Below are positions 50,532-61,183 of a stretch of 64,000 bases of DNA, in pieces. The notes under the pieces were generated by a model. The model had not been told where the DNA came from and ran no database searches. It saw nothing but the letters and a program-made list of their open reading frames with translations. How positions within the stretch are numbered: position 1 is the first letter of the stretch; every line of letters starts with the position of its first letter. Both the position numbers and the translations under genes were made by a program. This DNA is from an uncultured Chthonomonadaceae bacterium (GTDB lineage: Bacteria > Armatimonadota > Chthonomonadetes > Chthonomonadales > Chthonomonadaceae), in contig CAWFQB010000002.1 in assembly GCA_963817895.1 (NCBI GenBank), forward strand, positions 512,001 to 576,000. The letters run 5' to 3'.

Positions 50532-51125
50532 GGGCTGACAAACAAGTATGAAACGCTCTGTTCCCCTGACAATGAAAGCGCGTATTCAGCAGGCGCGGCG
50601 TGATGTGCTGCGCGGACATAACTACGCCGAAGCCGTAAGCAAAAATCCTTCCAAAGCAATTCTGAAACGCATTGGCAAAATAGATCTTGTTTGCGTAGCT
50701 GTCGCGTTGCTTGCCCCGGAACCGCAGACGAAACAACTGCTCCGCGCCGCCAATCACGCCGAATAAGCCTGATCTACAAAACGGTCAACGCGCTTAAATT
50801 CTACCCTTGCCTGATTTCAATGCTTCTATTTTCGCCGCTTGAGTCTGCGCCAAACCTATCTCGAAATAACGACTATCTACTATGTTGAAGTGCTTTCTTA
50901 AACATTTTTAGCCACAATTTGCAAATAAGGCTACGGAAAGCATGATTTCCGTGCTATAATAGTAGTGTAGCGCAGAAAACAATTTCTGTCGGCCCAGATG
51001 CAGGGTTCGGGTAAGTTTGCCAACTCATCCCGCTGTGTTTACCGGATGTTGACAGAGTTACGATACGGAAGCCGATTGTGCTGTAAACCGATGTGTTTTA
51101 TGAGACAGGCGAGGAGTTAAACTTC

Positions 51126-51326
51126 ATGACGAGTTTATTGGAAAAGGGTGAAACGCGCCCTGAAAACGAGTTTGTGTCCGGCGATGTGGTGGAACCGGGC
51201 CTGTATGTGGATCTGGAAACCGGCGCGACAGTACAGGTTGTGGCAGAGGATGAGTTGCCGGAGGGGAGCGTTACCCTGCGCTACCGCCGCCACTTCCGCA
51301 AACTAGAAACCGCGAAAGCCGCATAG
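51126..51326 (+). CDS. Small protein, possibly YjzC-like
   Basis: GAGGAG RBS; FVSGDVVEPGLY...DELP. Confidence 0.65.
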   Translation: MTSLLEKGETRPENEFVSGDVVEPGLYVDLETGATVQVVAEDELPEGSVTLRYRRHFRKLETAKAA

Positions 51327-51463
51327 ATCAATCCGCGCGATTTTTCAGCCGCGCAAGCGCAACTCCCCTCATCCGTGATAATGACGGATCCAAAACAGCG
51401 TAAGCAGGCGGGCCTTCAACAGTTGCAGGTTGAAACCCGGCGCGCTAACACTACACCAAAGAC

Positions 51464-51500
51464 AAACGCCCCTCCCGAATTCATTTTGGGAGGGGCGTTT
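51464..51500. terminator. Bidirectional terminator-like hairpin
   Basis: AAACGCCCCTCCC / GGGAGGGGCGTTT between convergent genes. Confidence 0.65.
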
Positions 51501-51535
51501 CAGGCCGGAACTATCAACTATCAACTATCAACTCC

Positions 51536-53858
51536 CTACTGTCCCGACTTTACGACGGTTTTGGCGGTTTTGTTGGACAGTTCGAGAATGTCCTGTAGAA
51601 TCCGTTCGCTTTCCGTCAGCGTGGTGTCTATGGCGGGGGCGGTCGCGTCGTTGCCCGCCGCATCATCAGTGGGAATTGGGTTCTGACTGTGCGGCTTTGC
51701 CGTCTTGTCCACTGATTTGGGCGGCGGGGCAAGCGTCAGGGTCGGCTTGCCCATGTTTTCCAGCGTGACCAGATACACCTTGTCTTTGGAAGCGGGACGC
51801 GCCAGCAGTTCCTTGCGCCGCGCTTTGACTCGATCCTCGGCCTCCTGCTTCTCTTTCATGCGCCGCGCTTCGTTCAGGCTGACGGATTTTTCGGTCATGA
51901 CCTTCTTGAACTGGTCAATCTCCTCACGCAGATACGCGAAGTCCGTGTCCGAAGCGATGCGGGCGTCGGAGCGGTTTTTCAGTTCCGGCAGAATGTCCGG
52001 CGAAACGGTTTTCCGGCTCATAACGACGCGGACTTGATCACGTCGTACTTGAGCGGGTTGTCCAGCGTCTTTTCGCCCACGTCAATGTAGTTGGTCAGGG
52101 ACGGCAGTTCGATGTCCGGCACGACGCCCTTCAGCTGCGTGGACGCGCCACTCGCGCGGTAGAACTTCTGAATGGTCAGTCTCAGCGCGCCCGGATCGCT
52201 TTTGAAGCTCAATCCGCTGCGCTTCATAATGTCGCTCAGACCGGCAACCGTTTGTACCGTTCCTTTGCCGAACGTGGAGCTGTCGCCCACGATCAGGGCG
52301 CGGCCATAATCCTGCAAGGCTCCCGCCATGATCTCCGAGGCCGACGCGCTCAGTTTGCTGGTCAGCACGATAAGCGGGCCGTCGTACAGCACGGACGTAT
52401 TATCCGATTTGTCCACCTGTATTTCGCCGTCCGAGTCTTTCACCTGCACAACCGGCCCGGCTTTGATAAACAGCCCGGTCAGGTTGATGACTTCCTGGAG
52501 CGAACCGCCCGGATTGCGGCGCAGGTCAAGAATGATGCCGCTCGACTTTTTCCGCTTCCAGTTTTTTGAGCAGGCGGGCCACATCCGTCGTGGTGCTTTT
52601 GCCGTTGTTGCCGCGCGCCTCGAAGTCGGCGTAGAACGAGGGCAGGTCAATCACGCCCATCCGCGCGATTTTGCCGTTCACATGGTCATGTCAATGATCT
52701 TGGCTTTGGCCTCCTGCTCTTCCAGTTTCACCTCATCGCGGGTCAACTCGATGGTTTTGCGCGTGGACGGGTCGGGCGCGTCGGCGGGAATAAAGGTCAG
52801 GCGGACTTTGGTTCCTTTCGGCGCCGCGAATCATCGAAACCACTTTGTCCAGCTTCATATCAACGGTATCAACGGCTTCCTTGCCGTCCTGCGCCACTGC
52901 GGTGATGCGGTCGCCCACTTTCAGCTTGCTGCTTTTGAAAGCCGGCCCGCCTGGCGTCAAATCCATGATTTTGGCATAGCCGTCCTCGGATTGCAGGGTC
53001 GCGCCGATGCCGATAACCGACAATTTCATCTGAATGTTGAAGTTGTCCAGTTGCGGATTTGCCCATATAATCGGTATGCGGATCGTAGGCGTGGGCAAGC
53101 GCGTTCAGATAGATTTCAAAAACATCGTCGCTATCGTACTCGTGCAGCGCTTTGGATTGGCGCGTATAGCGGCGGGTCAGGGTCTTGACGATTTCCGCAG
53201 GTTTCTGCTTGTTGAGCTTTTCCTGAAGGTATTCGTAGCGCAGGAATTCGTTCCACTGCTGTTTGGCCGCGTTCAGGCTGTCCGGGCGCGGGGCAGTTTT
53301 GCGATCCAGTTGGAAGGTATCGTTGCTGTCGAACGCGAAGTTCGCGGATTTAAGCTGCCCGCTGACGTAGGCGCTTTCCTGATCAATGCGTTCCAGCAGG
53401 CGCGCGTAAATTTTATAAGCGGGCGTCACATCGCCCTGCTTCAGCAACAGGTCGCCGACAGTGTTGCGATACGCGGCGAACTCTTTGATGTCGGATTCCA
53501 GAAAGTACAGGTGGCGCGGGTCGAGCGAGTCCACGTACTCATCGAAAATCTTGCCCGACATCTCTTTGTCCAGCGGATGATGCAGATAGTGGCTGCGCGT
53601 CATCAGTTGCGCCGTGACAAGGGCGGCGTTCCTCTGGTCGGAAGTCTCCGCCATGCCGCCGCTCTTGCCTGCTTTGGGGGGAATGGATTTGGCAATATCG
53701 GAAACATCCAGCGAGGCGGTGCTGAGTTTCGGGTCGCGCAGGGCCACATCAGGCAGGGTCACGCCCACATCCTGCCGTCCATGATTTACGCATCCCGTCA
53801 GGCCGAGAATCGCCGTGATGGGAACAAGGGTCAGATACGAAGCGCGTTTAATTTTCAT
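51536..53858 (-). CDS. prc: Carboxy-terminal processing (tail-specific) protease, lipoprotein (several frameshifts)
   Basis: LTGC lipobox; YDPHTDY, GIGA PDZ entry, LDLRRNPGG, SASASEI, TFGKGTVQ, TQLKGVVPDI. Confidence 0.9.
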
Positions 53859-54107
53859 GTGAAGGGTTAAACCTTTGAAAACTCGCCCGCGCCCGCATGT
53901 GTCACGCTACAGAAAGCGACATGCGGGCTGAATGTTGTCCGGTTATGAGTCGGAACAGATCAGGCGGAATAGTGATAGCGGCCCAGAGCCGCGTTGCGAA
54001 AGCCGCGTTCTTTATTATACGACATTTGCAAGTACGATGTTGCCGCGCGAATTCCTCCTTTTGCGGCAATTCCGCGCCATAAAATTTTTCAAGTCCGCTG
54101 TCTATGT

Positions 54108-54575
54108 CTATTTCGGCTTCATCGTGTGCATTCTTTCTTCTGTATCGGAAAATGTTTTCCGCGCCTCCTGCGAGGTGGCCGTCTGTTTGAGGTTGCTTAA
54201 CAACGGACCGGCCACTTCGGGGGGAAATACGACGGCAAGCGCGTTCGCCATGTGTTCGCGGCGCGATGCGTCCTTGCCAAAGAAACCATCGGCGTTGCGG
54301 GTCACGAAGTCGAGGGCTTTATACTTCCACTCCTGCTCCTGCTGCATTTGCTGCAATTTCAGTTCGCTTGCTTTGGCGCTGGTGGCGACCCACACCTGCG
54401 TCAGCGAAATGAAGATAGCCGCAAGGGAGACGATGGCTGTGATTACGCTGCCCAGATGATCGTCAAGCAGTCGAGTGCGGCGACGGCGCCCCCGGAGATG
54501 TTCGCGCCGGTCACGGGCGGCTCCCAACCGTTGGCGCGGCGGATGCTGTGTATCGCGTTCTTCTGAATTGTTCAT
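54108..54575 (-). CDS. Small membrane protein (one TM + coiled coil)
   Basis: ATG 4 bp after the cyclase stop; hydrophobic helix VITAIVSLAAIFISL. Confidence 0.6.
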   Translation of the reverse strand: MNNSEERDTQHPPRQRLGAARDRREHLRGRRRRTRLLDDHLGSVITAIVSLAAIFISLTQVWVATSAKASELKLQQMQQEQEWKYKALDFVTRNADGFFGKDASRREHMANALAVVFPPEVAGPLLSNLKQTATSQEARKTFSDTEERMHTMKPK

Positions 54576-54579
54576 GAGT

Positions 54580-56088
54580 CTACTTTTGATCCAGCGGCAT
54601 GACGCCGTTCCAATCGGGAGGGCTGCCTTCACGCAGAAACCGCCGGCAGCGGGCATGGTGCAGGGCGGCGGCTTTGTCATCGGGATTTGCCGCAAGAACG
54701 GCGTCAAAACCGGCGAGAGCGCGCGCAAAATCGCCGGCCTGCCAGAACCGAAAAGCCAGTTCAAAGCAGGCAAGCGTTTCCTGCCGCCCCGCCCGAACGG
54801 TTGCCGGAAGCGCGTCGAATACCTCGTACACGTCTACCGGTTCCGCCTTACCTACCGCCTGCACCCGGTCTATCAAGCGGACATGAAGCGAAGCGCGGTC
54901 TGCCGCGTCAACGCCCCGCATGGTTTCACCGCTCACCAGAACCGGCGCGCCGTACTGCTTGGTCATTCCCTCTACGCGCGAGGCGAGATTAACGGCGTCT
55001 GAAATGACCGTACCCTCCATGCGCTCGGCAAACCCGATTGTGCCGAGCATCAGCAAGCCGGTATGCAGACCCACGCCGATTTTAACCGCTTCCTTGCCTT
55101 CGGCAGTCCATTCTGTGTTCAAGTCGGATACGGCGGCGTGCAGGGCGTTGGCGGCTCGTATGGCGTGAATACAGTCGCCCGGAAACAGCGCCATGATCGC
55201 ATCCCCGATGAACTTGTCAATGAATCCCCCGTGTTCTCGAATCACCGGGGCCGCCTGCCGCAGATAGCGGTTGATGAAAGCGAACGTTTCCGCCGGAGTC
55301 ATACGCTCTGACAATGAAGTGAACGAGCGAATATCCGAAAATAAAATCGTCATCACCTGTTGCGTCTGGTCGCCTAATTCCACATCCACAATGCTGCGGC
55401 GTGACAGAAACTCCAAAAATTCGGATGGCACGAACCGCGCAAAGGATCGCGCCATGCGCTGCGTATGCGCGAAAAGGGCGGAATTGTGCAGGGCCGCGCC
55501 GATGAACCCGGCCAGACTCTGGATGGTATACACGTCGCCCTCATCCAGCGGCGGAAAAAAGGGTTTGGCTTCGCGCATCCGCCCTGCCAGAAGAAAATAA
55601 TTCTGTTTATCCCCCTCGGAAATCGGGGCGCAGACAAAAAACGGCGTTTCCAGTTTCTGTTTCAAAGCAGGAACAAAGTCGTCCACAGGCGTCGCGTTCG
55701 TGACCAGCAGGGGAACGCTGCCAACGAGCGACGGAGGAAAGGCTACGGTTTGCGAAAGCAAGCGCAACGCGGCGTCGGCGGGGAAACCGCGCGTGAAACA
55801 GGGACGGAACACGTCTGCGTCGCCTTCGCGCCGTAAAATCACCATCCGCTCCATTTTAAGTTGGCGTTCCAGGCGTTCCAGGGTCGCGCTGAAAATGGCG
55901 TCAGGCAACATGTCGGTAGAAATCAGGCCGTGCAGTTCCGACAGCAACGCAAAGCCCTGCCGCCGCTGTTTCAGTTCGCGCCGGGCGCGCGACACGACGA
56001 AATCGGCGCGCACCGCCTGCCCTGCAAGTTCGTTCACGCGGCGGCGATAAAATTCCAGTTGGCGAAGCGGGTCGTTTTCGTCAGACAT
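54580..56088 (-). CDS. Coiled-coil + GAF-like + class III adenylate cyclase
   Basis: LFSDIRSFT, IDKFIGDAIMA, TVISDAVNLASRVE, C-terminal TPR-like tail PPDWNG; likely start MSDEND at 56088. Confidence 0.9.
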   Translation of the reverse strand: MSDENDPLRQLEFYRRRVNELAGQAVRADFVVSRARRELKQRRQGFALLSELHGLISTDMLPDAIFSATLERLERQLKMERMVILRREGDADVFRPCFTRGFPADAALRLLSQTVAFPPSLVGSVPLLVTNATPVDDFVPALKQKLETPFFVCAPISEGDKQNYFLLAGRMREAKPFFPPLDEGDVYTIQSLAGFIGAALHNSALFAHTQRMARSFARFVPSEFLEFLSRRSIVDVELGDQTQQVMTILFSDIRSFTSLSERMTPAETFAFINRYLRQAAPVIREHGGFIDKFIGDAIMALFPGDCIHAIRAANALHAAVSDLNTEWTAEGKEAVKIGVGLHTGLLMLGTIGFAERMEGTVISDAVNLASRVEGMTKQYGAPVLVSGETMRGVDAADRASLHVRLIDRVQAVGKAEPVDVYEVFDALPATVRAGRQETLACFELAFRFWQAGDFARALAGFDAVLAANPDDKAAALHHARCRRFLREGSPPDWNGVMPLDQK

Positions 56089-56113
56089 AGAGGGTTCCGA
56101 TTTGCAAAAGCTC

Positions 56114-57322
56114 TCACTCGCTGAACAGGCAGAGTACGCCTGTCCAATCGAGCGCCTGAACGCGCCCGCCCACTTTGGCGATTTCCACGCCGGAATACAC
56201 GCCGAGAAGGGGAATCTCAGGAGGCAGGGCATTTTGCGCTTCCACGGCTTCTTCCTCTTCCATGCCGCTGTACGCCGCCGCGCGCCCCGCGCAGTCAATG
56301 TAAAACGCGAAAATCGGCGTCCGGTCCGCCGCCAGAGACAACAGATGCCGGACACGTTCGCCAATATACTGAAAATCCATGCTGCGCCGCATAATCTGGA
56401 TTTCCATGCCCGCTTCCAGGTCGTTCTCGAACATGACCATGCCTTTGCGCTCCGCGTCCACGCCAATGCAGAGCCGATTGGCGTAATCTTCCTCTCGATA
56501 TTCGCCGTATTTGTCGCCCCGGTTCACGCCCAACGTCACAAAAAAAGCGTAATCCTCCCAACTCAGGCCGACATCCGAGCCGAGCAGTTCCCCAATAACA
56601 TCCAGAGTGGGGCGTCCGTCTATTTCCAGCACGGTTGCGCCATCCGTTTTGGTAATGGTATGGTAGCCGCTTGCGGGGCGACAGCCGTGTAAAATCACGG
56701 TATCCATGCGGATGCCGCCGGAAAGCAGCAGCGCCATCGCCGCCTGCTGTTCGATGCGGTCGTCAAACCACTGCCATGTCGGCTGCAACTGCATGTCGCC
56801 AATCATGCCCATCCCTGCCATATTCGGCCAATTCGCAAGGTGGCGCGACATGCCCTGCATCAGCGGGGTCGCCATGTTCATCTTGAACTGCCCGGAAACC
56901 AGATTCACCGTATCGTACAGTAAAATCAGGCTGGCATCCGAAGGCGCGTCGGCACTGGCGATTTGCTTGCCCAACGCTTCTCCTGCCGCCACTTCCCCCT
57001 GATTGAGACCGGTTTCCAGAAACATATCCACGCGCAATGTGTCGGACTCAAAAACAGCCAGTCCCACTTCGCTGCCATCGTAGGAGAGGTGGTCATGGGT
57101 AATGATGCCCACGCCATATCCGCCCATCAGTCGGGGCGAGGCTCCAACAACCGCCCGTACCCCTGCCAGTAATTGTGCCGGGTCATGCTGCCCTGTGGAA
57201 AACAGCAACGCGAGAACGGGGCGGGTAATACCGGCTTTATCCATTGCCATTCGCGCCGCCGCGCTCCCGGCTTGATGCGATTCTGTCAGGTCGCTATATC
57301 CAACGCCTACTCTGGTTGCCAT
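56114..57322 (-). CDS. FIST-domain (NosP-like) sensor protein
   Basis: HGCRP, VLEIDGRP, YIDCAGR, GVYSGVEIA. Confidence 0.88.
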   Translation of the reverse strand: MATRVGVGYSDLTESHQAGSAAARMAMDKAGITRPVLALLFSTGQHDPAQLLAGVRAVVGASPRLMGGYGVGIITHDHLSYDGSEVGLAVFESDTLRVDMFLETGLNQGEVAAGEALGKQIASADAPSDASLILLYDTVNLVSGQFKMNMATPLMQGMSRHLANWPNMAGMGMIGDMQLQPTWQWFDDRIEQQAAMALLLSGGIRMDTVILHGCRPASGYHTITKTDGATVLEIDGRPTLDVIGELLGSDVGLSWEDYAFFVTLGVNRGDKYGEYREEDYANRLCIGVDAERKGMVMFENDLEAGMEIQIMRRSMDFQYIGERVRHLLSLAADRTPIFAFYIDCAGRAAAYSGMEEEEAVEAQNALPPEIPLLGVYSGVEIAKVGGRVQALDWTGVLCLFSE

Positions 57323-57457
57323 GCGTGTGTTTCTCCTTGCGCCTGTTTGCGCGCAAAACAGGGCTACACACTCATTATATCCGATTTTGCCCGCGTAAAA
57401 CAGATGAAGCCGGGCCTTGCCCGCTTGCGTCTACTGTTCATGTCTTCCGATCTTTTC

Positions 57458-58207
57458 ATGGAGTTGCCACTTATGATTTTCCTGCTGCGATCTGCCTGTC
57501 TACGCTCTATCTGGCTTGTTCTTTTGTTTGCCTCGATTGGGCTGCCTTCGCATAGCGGCCCCACAACCGCGAAAGGCCCGTTTTCGCCCGAAGCGTGGCC
57601 GCCCACGATTGATGCAACAAAAAAAGCGCATTATGTCAGCGTGGACAATGCGTTCCCCACCCCCGGCCCGAACTGGATGCCAAATCTCCAAATCCTGACC
57701 GGCGCGGATCACATCACAGAGAGTATAACAATCGGGGAGCATACGGGCGTTCGCGTGATGGGCATCAAGTTCAATACCGCCGACGATCAGTACGCGCTGT
57801 GGGCCAACGAACACACGATAGATATTCTGATGCAGGTTTATGGCGACGGCGCGTTCCTCAATCCCGATGGGACGCCGCGCTATTGTAACTTCCTGACCGG
57901 AACCCTGCCCGAACCCGTTGCCGTAGATGGCGGCGAAATCCCGTCACAGGCCAAAAACAACCGCTGGAACTGGGTGCTGTTTCGTATCCCGAACGGCCTG
58001 CGCCACATGGATGGCGGCAGGCTGGTGGGAACCATTCACCCCAAAGCTAAAAACGATCCCGGTATTGCGGGCGTGTCGCATCTAAGCGGGCAAAATGGGG
58101 GTACAATCCGTATGGACGGCCTGCACGATCTCAAAGTTCGCTTTGTCGCCTTCGGGCAAAAGGGCGCGTTCGGCGAACCGGAACAGATCAACCGTTTCAA
58201 GAAATAG
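57458..58207 (+). CDS. Secreted hypothetical protein
   Basis: Hydrophobic N-terminus and protein-like composition; start uncertain. Confidence 0.6.
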   Translation: MELPLMIFLLRSACLRSIWLVLLFASIGLPSHSGPTTAKGPFSPEAWPPTIDATKKAHYVSVDNAFPTPGPNWMPNLQILTGADHITESITIGEHTGVRVMGIKFNTADDQYALWANEHTIDILMQVYGDGAFLNPDGTPRYCNFLTGTLPEPVAVDGGEIPSQAKNNRWNWVLFRIPNGLRHMDGGRLVGTIHPKAKNDPGIAGVSHLSGQNGGTIRMDGLHDLKVRFVAFGQKGAFGEPEQINRFKK

Positions 58208-58259
58208 ACGCGCCACCTGTATTCATTTCTTTCTGCGCTGTTTGTGAAAAGGAGATGCC

Positions 58260-59144
58260 ATGTTTTCTAAATTCAACCAGAGCTGGTCGCTGTTTCAGGC
58301 CAGCGCCGCCGTGCTGCGTTCCGACAAGCACCTGATCGTGTTTCCCATTTTCTCCGCCATCGCGTCCCTGATTATCACCGCCAGTTTCTTTATCCCGGCG
58401 GCCATGTACGCCTGGTCACACCACATGTTTCAGTTCGCGTCACACTCCGCTTATACCGATTCCAACATTCACGACCAGACGCATAGCGCGATGGGGTATG
58501 CGTTCATGTTCCTGTTCTACCTGACGCAGTATACCGTTGTTTTCTTCGCCAATACCGCGCTTGTCGGCGCAGCCATCATTCGACTGCGCGGCGGCAAGCC
58601 CACCATTCAGGACGGCTTTGGCCTGGCAATGAACCACTTCCGCGCGATCTTCGGGTACGCGGTGCTGGCCGCGACGGTGGGCATGGCGATACGCGCCGTT
58701 GCCGAGCGTTCGGGGCTACTGGGGCGGCTGGGCGCGGGGCTGTTTGGGCTGGCCTGGAATGTGGCGACTTATCTGGTCGCGCCGATTCTGATCATGGAGA
58801 ACGTCGGGCCGATAGAAGCCGTGAAGCGCAGTTCGGCGCTGTTGAAGCAGACATGGGGCGAACAAATCGTCGGCAACGTCGGCATCAGTTACGTATCCGG
58901 CCTGTTCGCGCTTTTGATTACCTGCTGCTTCGTGCCGCTGCTCATCGGGGGCATCAGTATGCAGTCCATGCCGCTGATTGTGGGTTCGTGCGTGTTGTTC
59001 GTGCTGGCCCTGACCGCGCTGAGTCTGATTCAGGCCGCGCTGTCCGGCATCTACACCGCCGTCGTGTACCTGTACGCTTCCGAAGGCTACACCGGCGGTC
59101 CGTTCCAACCCTACATGATCCACGACGCCTTCCGCCGCAGCTAA
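58260..59144 (+). CDS. Multi-pass membrane protein (DUF6159-like)
   Basis: RBS; SW.L...S..VLRSDK.L..FP; AVKRS..L.KQTWGE. Confidence 0.8.
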   Translation: MFSKFNQSWSLFQASAAVLRSDKHLIVFPIFSAIASLIITASFFIPAAMYAWSHHMFQFASHSAYTDSNIHDQTHSAMGYAFMFLFYLTQYTVVFFANTALVGAAIIRLRGGKPTIQDGFGLAMNHFRAIFGYAVLAATVGMAIRAVAERSGLLGRLGAGLFGLAWNVATYLVAPILIMENVGPIEAVKRSSALLKQTWGEQIVGNVGISYVSGLFALLITCCFVPLLIGGISMQSMPLIVGSCVLFVLALTALSLIQAALSGIYTAVVYLYASEGYTGGPFQPYMIHDAFRRS

Positions 59145-59282
59145 CGTATAGCGCAAAGCATCTGTGAGGGGCTGTAAAGAAACCACTTCGAAGCAAAGCA
59201 AGTTTAGACTTGGACAGCCGAGAATGTGGAAGATTTACAGCCCCTTACCTGATGGCTCACAAAACCATGAGAGAACTTCCCA

Positions 59283-59894
59283 ATGCCATACGACTATGAC
59301 AGCGCGGAACATCAGTTGCGGCTTGCGGCAAAGGCAGGAGATATGGAGGCCGTGCTGAATTTGCTGGAACAGGGCGTTAACATTGACGCGGCTCCTGCTT
59401 ATCGTACAACAGCGTTTCATCTGGCAGAACGGTATGGACATCGGGAGGTTGCTCGCGCACTGCTGCTGCATGGGGCAACCGTCACTCTTGACGACGCATC
59501 CAATTTGGAACAACTGAAATTCCTGATGGAGAATGGAGTTGCGGAACCTACCCTTGAGCAAAAGAGGCGCGGACTGCAATATGCCTGCAAGCGCCATTGG
59601 ATGTCCGAACAACAGATGGAAATTGCTCTTGGCAACCTGCCTGATCCAACGCTGACAGAACGAGTTACCGTTGAAGAAGCGGAAGTATACATTCATGCAA
59701 AAGGGAACTTCCAGTTTAGCCGTGAGCATTGGGAAATGATGAAGGCTCGGATGCAGCCCGGTGATGAACTCTGGAAGTTCAACGCTGATTCACACAATCG
59801 CCGCCTCGGCTGGATACGCAATCGAGGCTATGTTTTGCTGCGACAGGGAAGACATGTAGCCAAAATTCGCAGGAATTTGCGCGATTTTATATAA
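59283..59894 (+). CDS. Ankyrin-repeat protein with small C-terminal domain
   Basis: AAKAGD..AV..LLEQGVNID, TAFHLA...GH.EVA..LL.HGA. Confidence 0.75.
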   Translation: MPYDYDSAEHQLRLAAKAGDMEAVLNLLEQGVNIDAAPAYRTTAFHLAERYGHREVARALLLHGATVTLDDASNLEQLKFLMENGVAEPTLEQKRRGLQYACKRHWMSEQQMEIALGNLPDPTLTERVTVEEAEVYIHAKGNFQFSREHWEMMKARMQPGDELWKFNADSHNRRLGWIRNRGYVLLRQGRHVAKIRRNLRDFI

Positions 59895-59927
59895 AAGGCA
59901 CATTCAGCCACAAATAGGATGCCAACG

Positions 59928-61077
59928 TCATAGCGGACGGGCGAAGATACCGAGATGGTTGGCGACGGGGCGTTCGCGGTTGGGAATGTAGTTGTCAATG
60001 GGACAATTCAGGATGTTGACGCGGGGCGACTTGCCCCGCGTTTTGTTGTTTGTCGCGTTTGCTTTTTTGGTAGTGTCCGCGTTTGCCGTGTCTTCGACCG
60101 CCAGCGTGGAGGAACCGCCGCCGTCCAGATTCATCCCCTCCCACGCGCCGTACTGCCGCAAAATCTCCCCTGTTTCCGTTTGCGTCGCGCCCTCGCTGTA
60201 ATTGGGCTGCCGTCCGTCTATCAGAACGATAATCAGAACACGCCGGGTTTTGTCTAGCCCAATGGCGGTGCGCGGATCGAGTTTGTCCGCGTAGCGGGAA
60301 TTGCCCGGAACGATTGCGCCCTCCTTCACCAGCATCCGATTACCCGAAATGGCATTTTGAACAGGCCCGTCGGGAAGGCCGAAGCGGACACGATTGCCGC
60401 CGGAAAAATACAGCGTGGGATAGGACACGGTTTCCGTTCCCGGCGCATGGTACGCGCTGCCGCCCGTTATGCCGATGCCCTGCACGGCAACGGGATCGCC
60501 GACATGCGGGTAATAGCTGAAAATGTTATGGGAGTACCAGGGGTAAAAGAAATCGGCATTGATGGCGACCTGCGCCCCGAACTCGGTCAGAAACGCGCTC
60601 GTCAGGCGGGCGCGAAGGGGCAAACGTTGCCTTATGGACAAACCATTTGAACATTGCACAATCCTCAGTCGGCAGGACGGTTGGCCGCAGGCCTAATAAC
60701 CGGCATTTTATATGCCGGGGCAGCGCGATTGTCCAATGTTATACTGATTTGTCCATTACATTGCCGGGTGTGGCGACAAAGCCGATACCGGGCGCATCCA
60801 GTTGCACCCTCACAATATGCGCCACAAGCGGGCGCGGGCTGCGCCTCACATCCCGAATGTAGGTAATCCCCTGAAACAGTTCGCGACGAACGGAGGGAGG
60901 CTGCGGGCGCGTGTGCATCCAGATTTGCCAACTCCCGTACGGCAGCGCGAGAAGCAGAACCGGCAGCCCAATGCCACGCATCAAACGTCGTGTTTTACTC
61001 GCGCGCGTTGTGTGCCGGGAATCAGGAAGTGGCTCGTTTGCCTCCGCTGGCGTGGTACATAACTGAGGACGTGACAT
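59928..61077 (-). CDS. Phosphodiester glycosidase (NAGPA) family protein (frameshifted)
   Basis: AINADFF, DPRTAIG, IDGRQ, NLDGGGSST, ERPVANHLG. Confidence 0.85.
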
Positions 61078-61183
61078 GCTTGCTTCCCATTGGCTCTAAA
61101 ACCTGTGGCTGCGTCCTGTTTCTTCTCTGTATGCCTCTTTGATGAAAACATCAAAGAGGCCATGATTGCTCACAGCGCAGCCT

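Noticed and set aside
50548..50766. 72-aa ORF after the zinc-ribbon gene
   Set aside because: No clear RBS or motif; cannot be supported as a gene.
56089..56466. N-terminal extension of the cyclase ORF overlapping the FIST gene
   Set aside because: Open frame overlapping the FIST coding region; the ATG at 56088 is the more plausible start.
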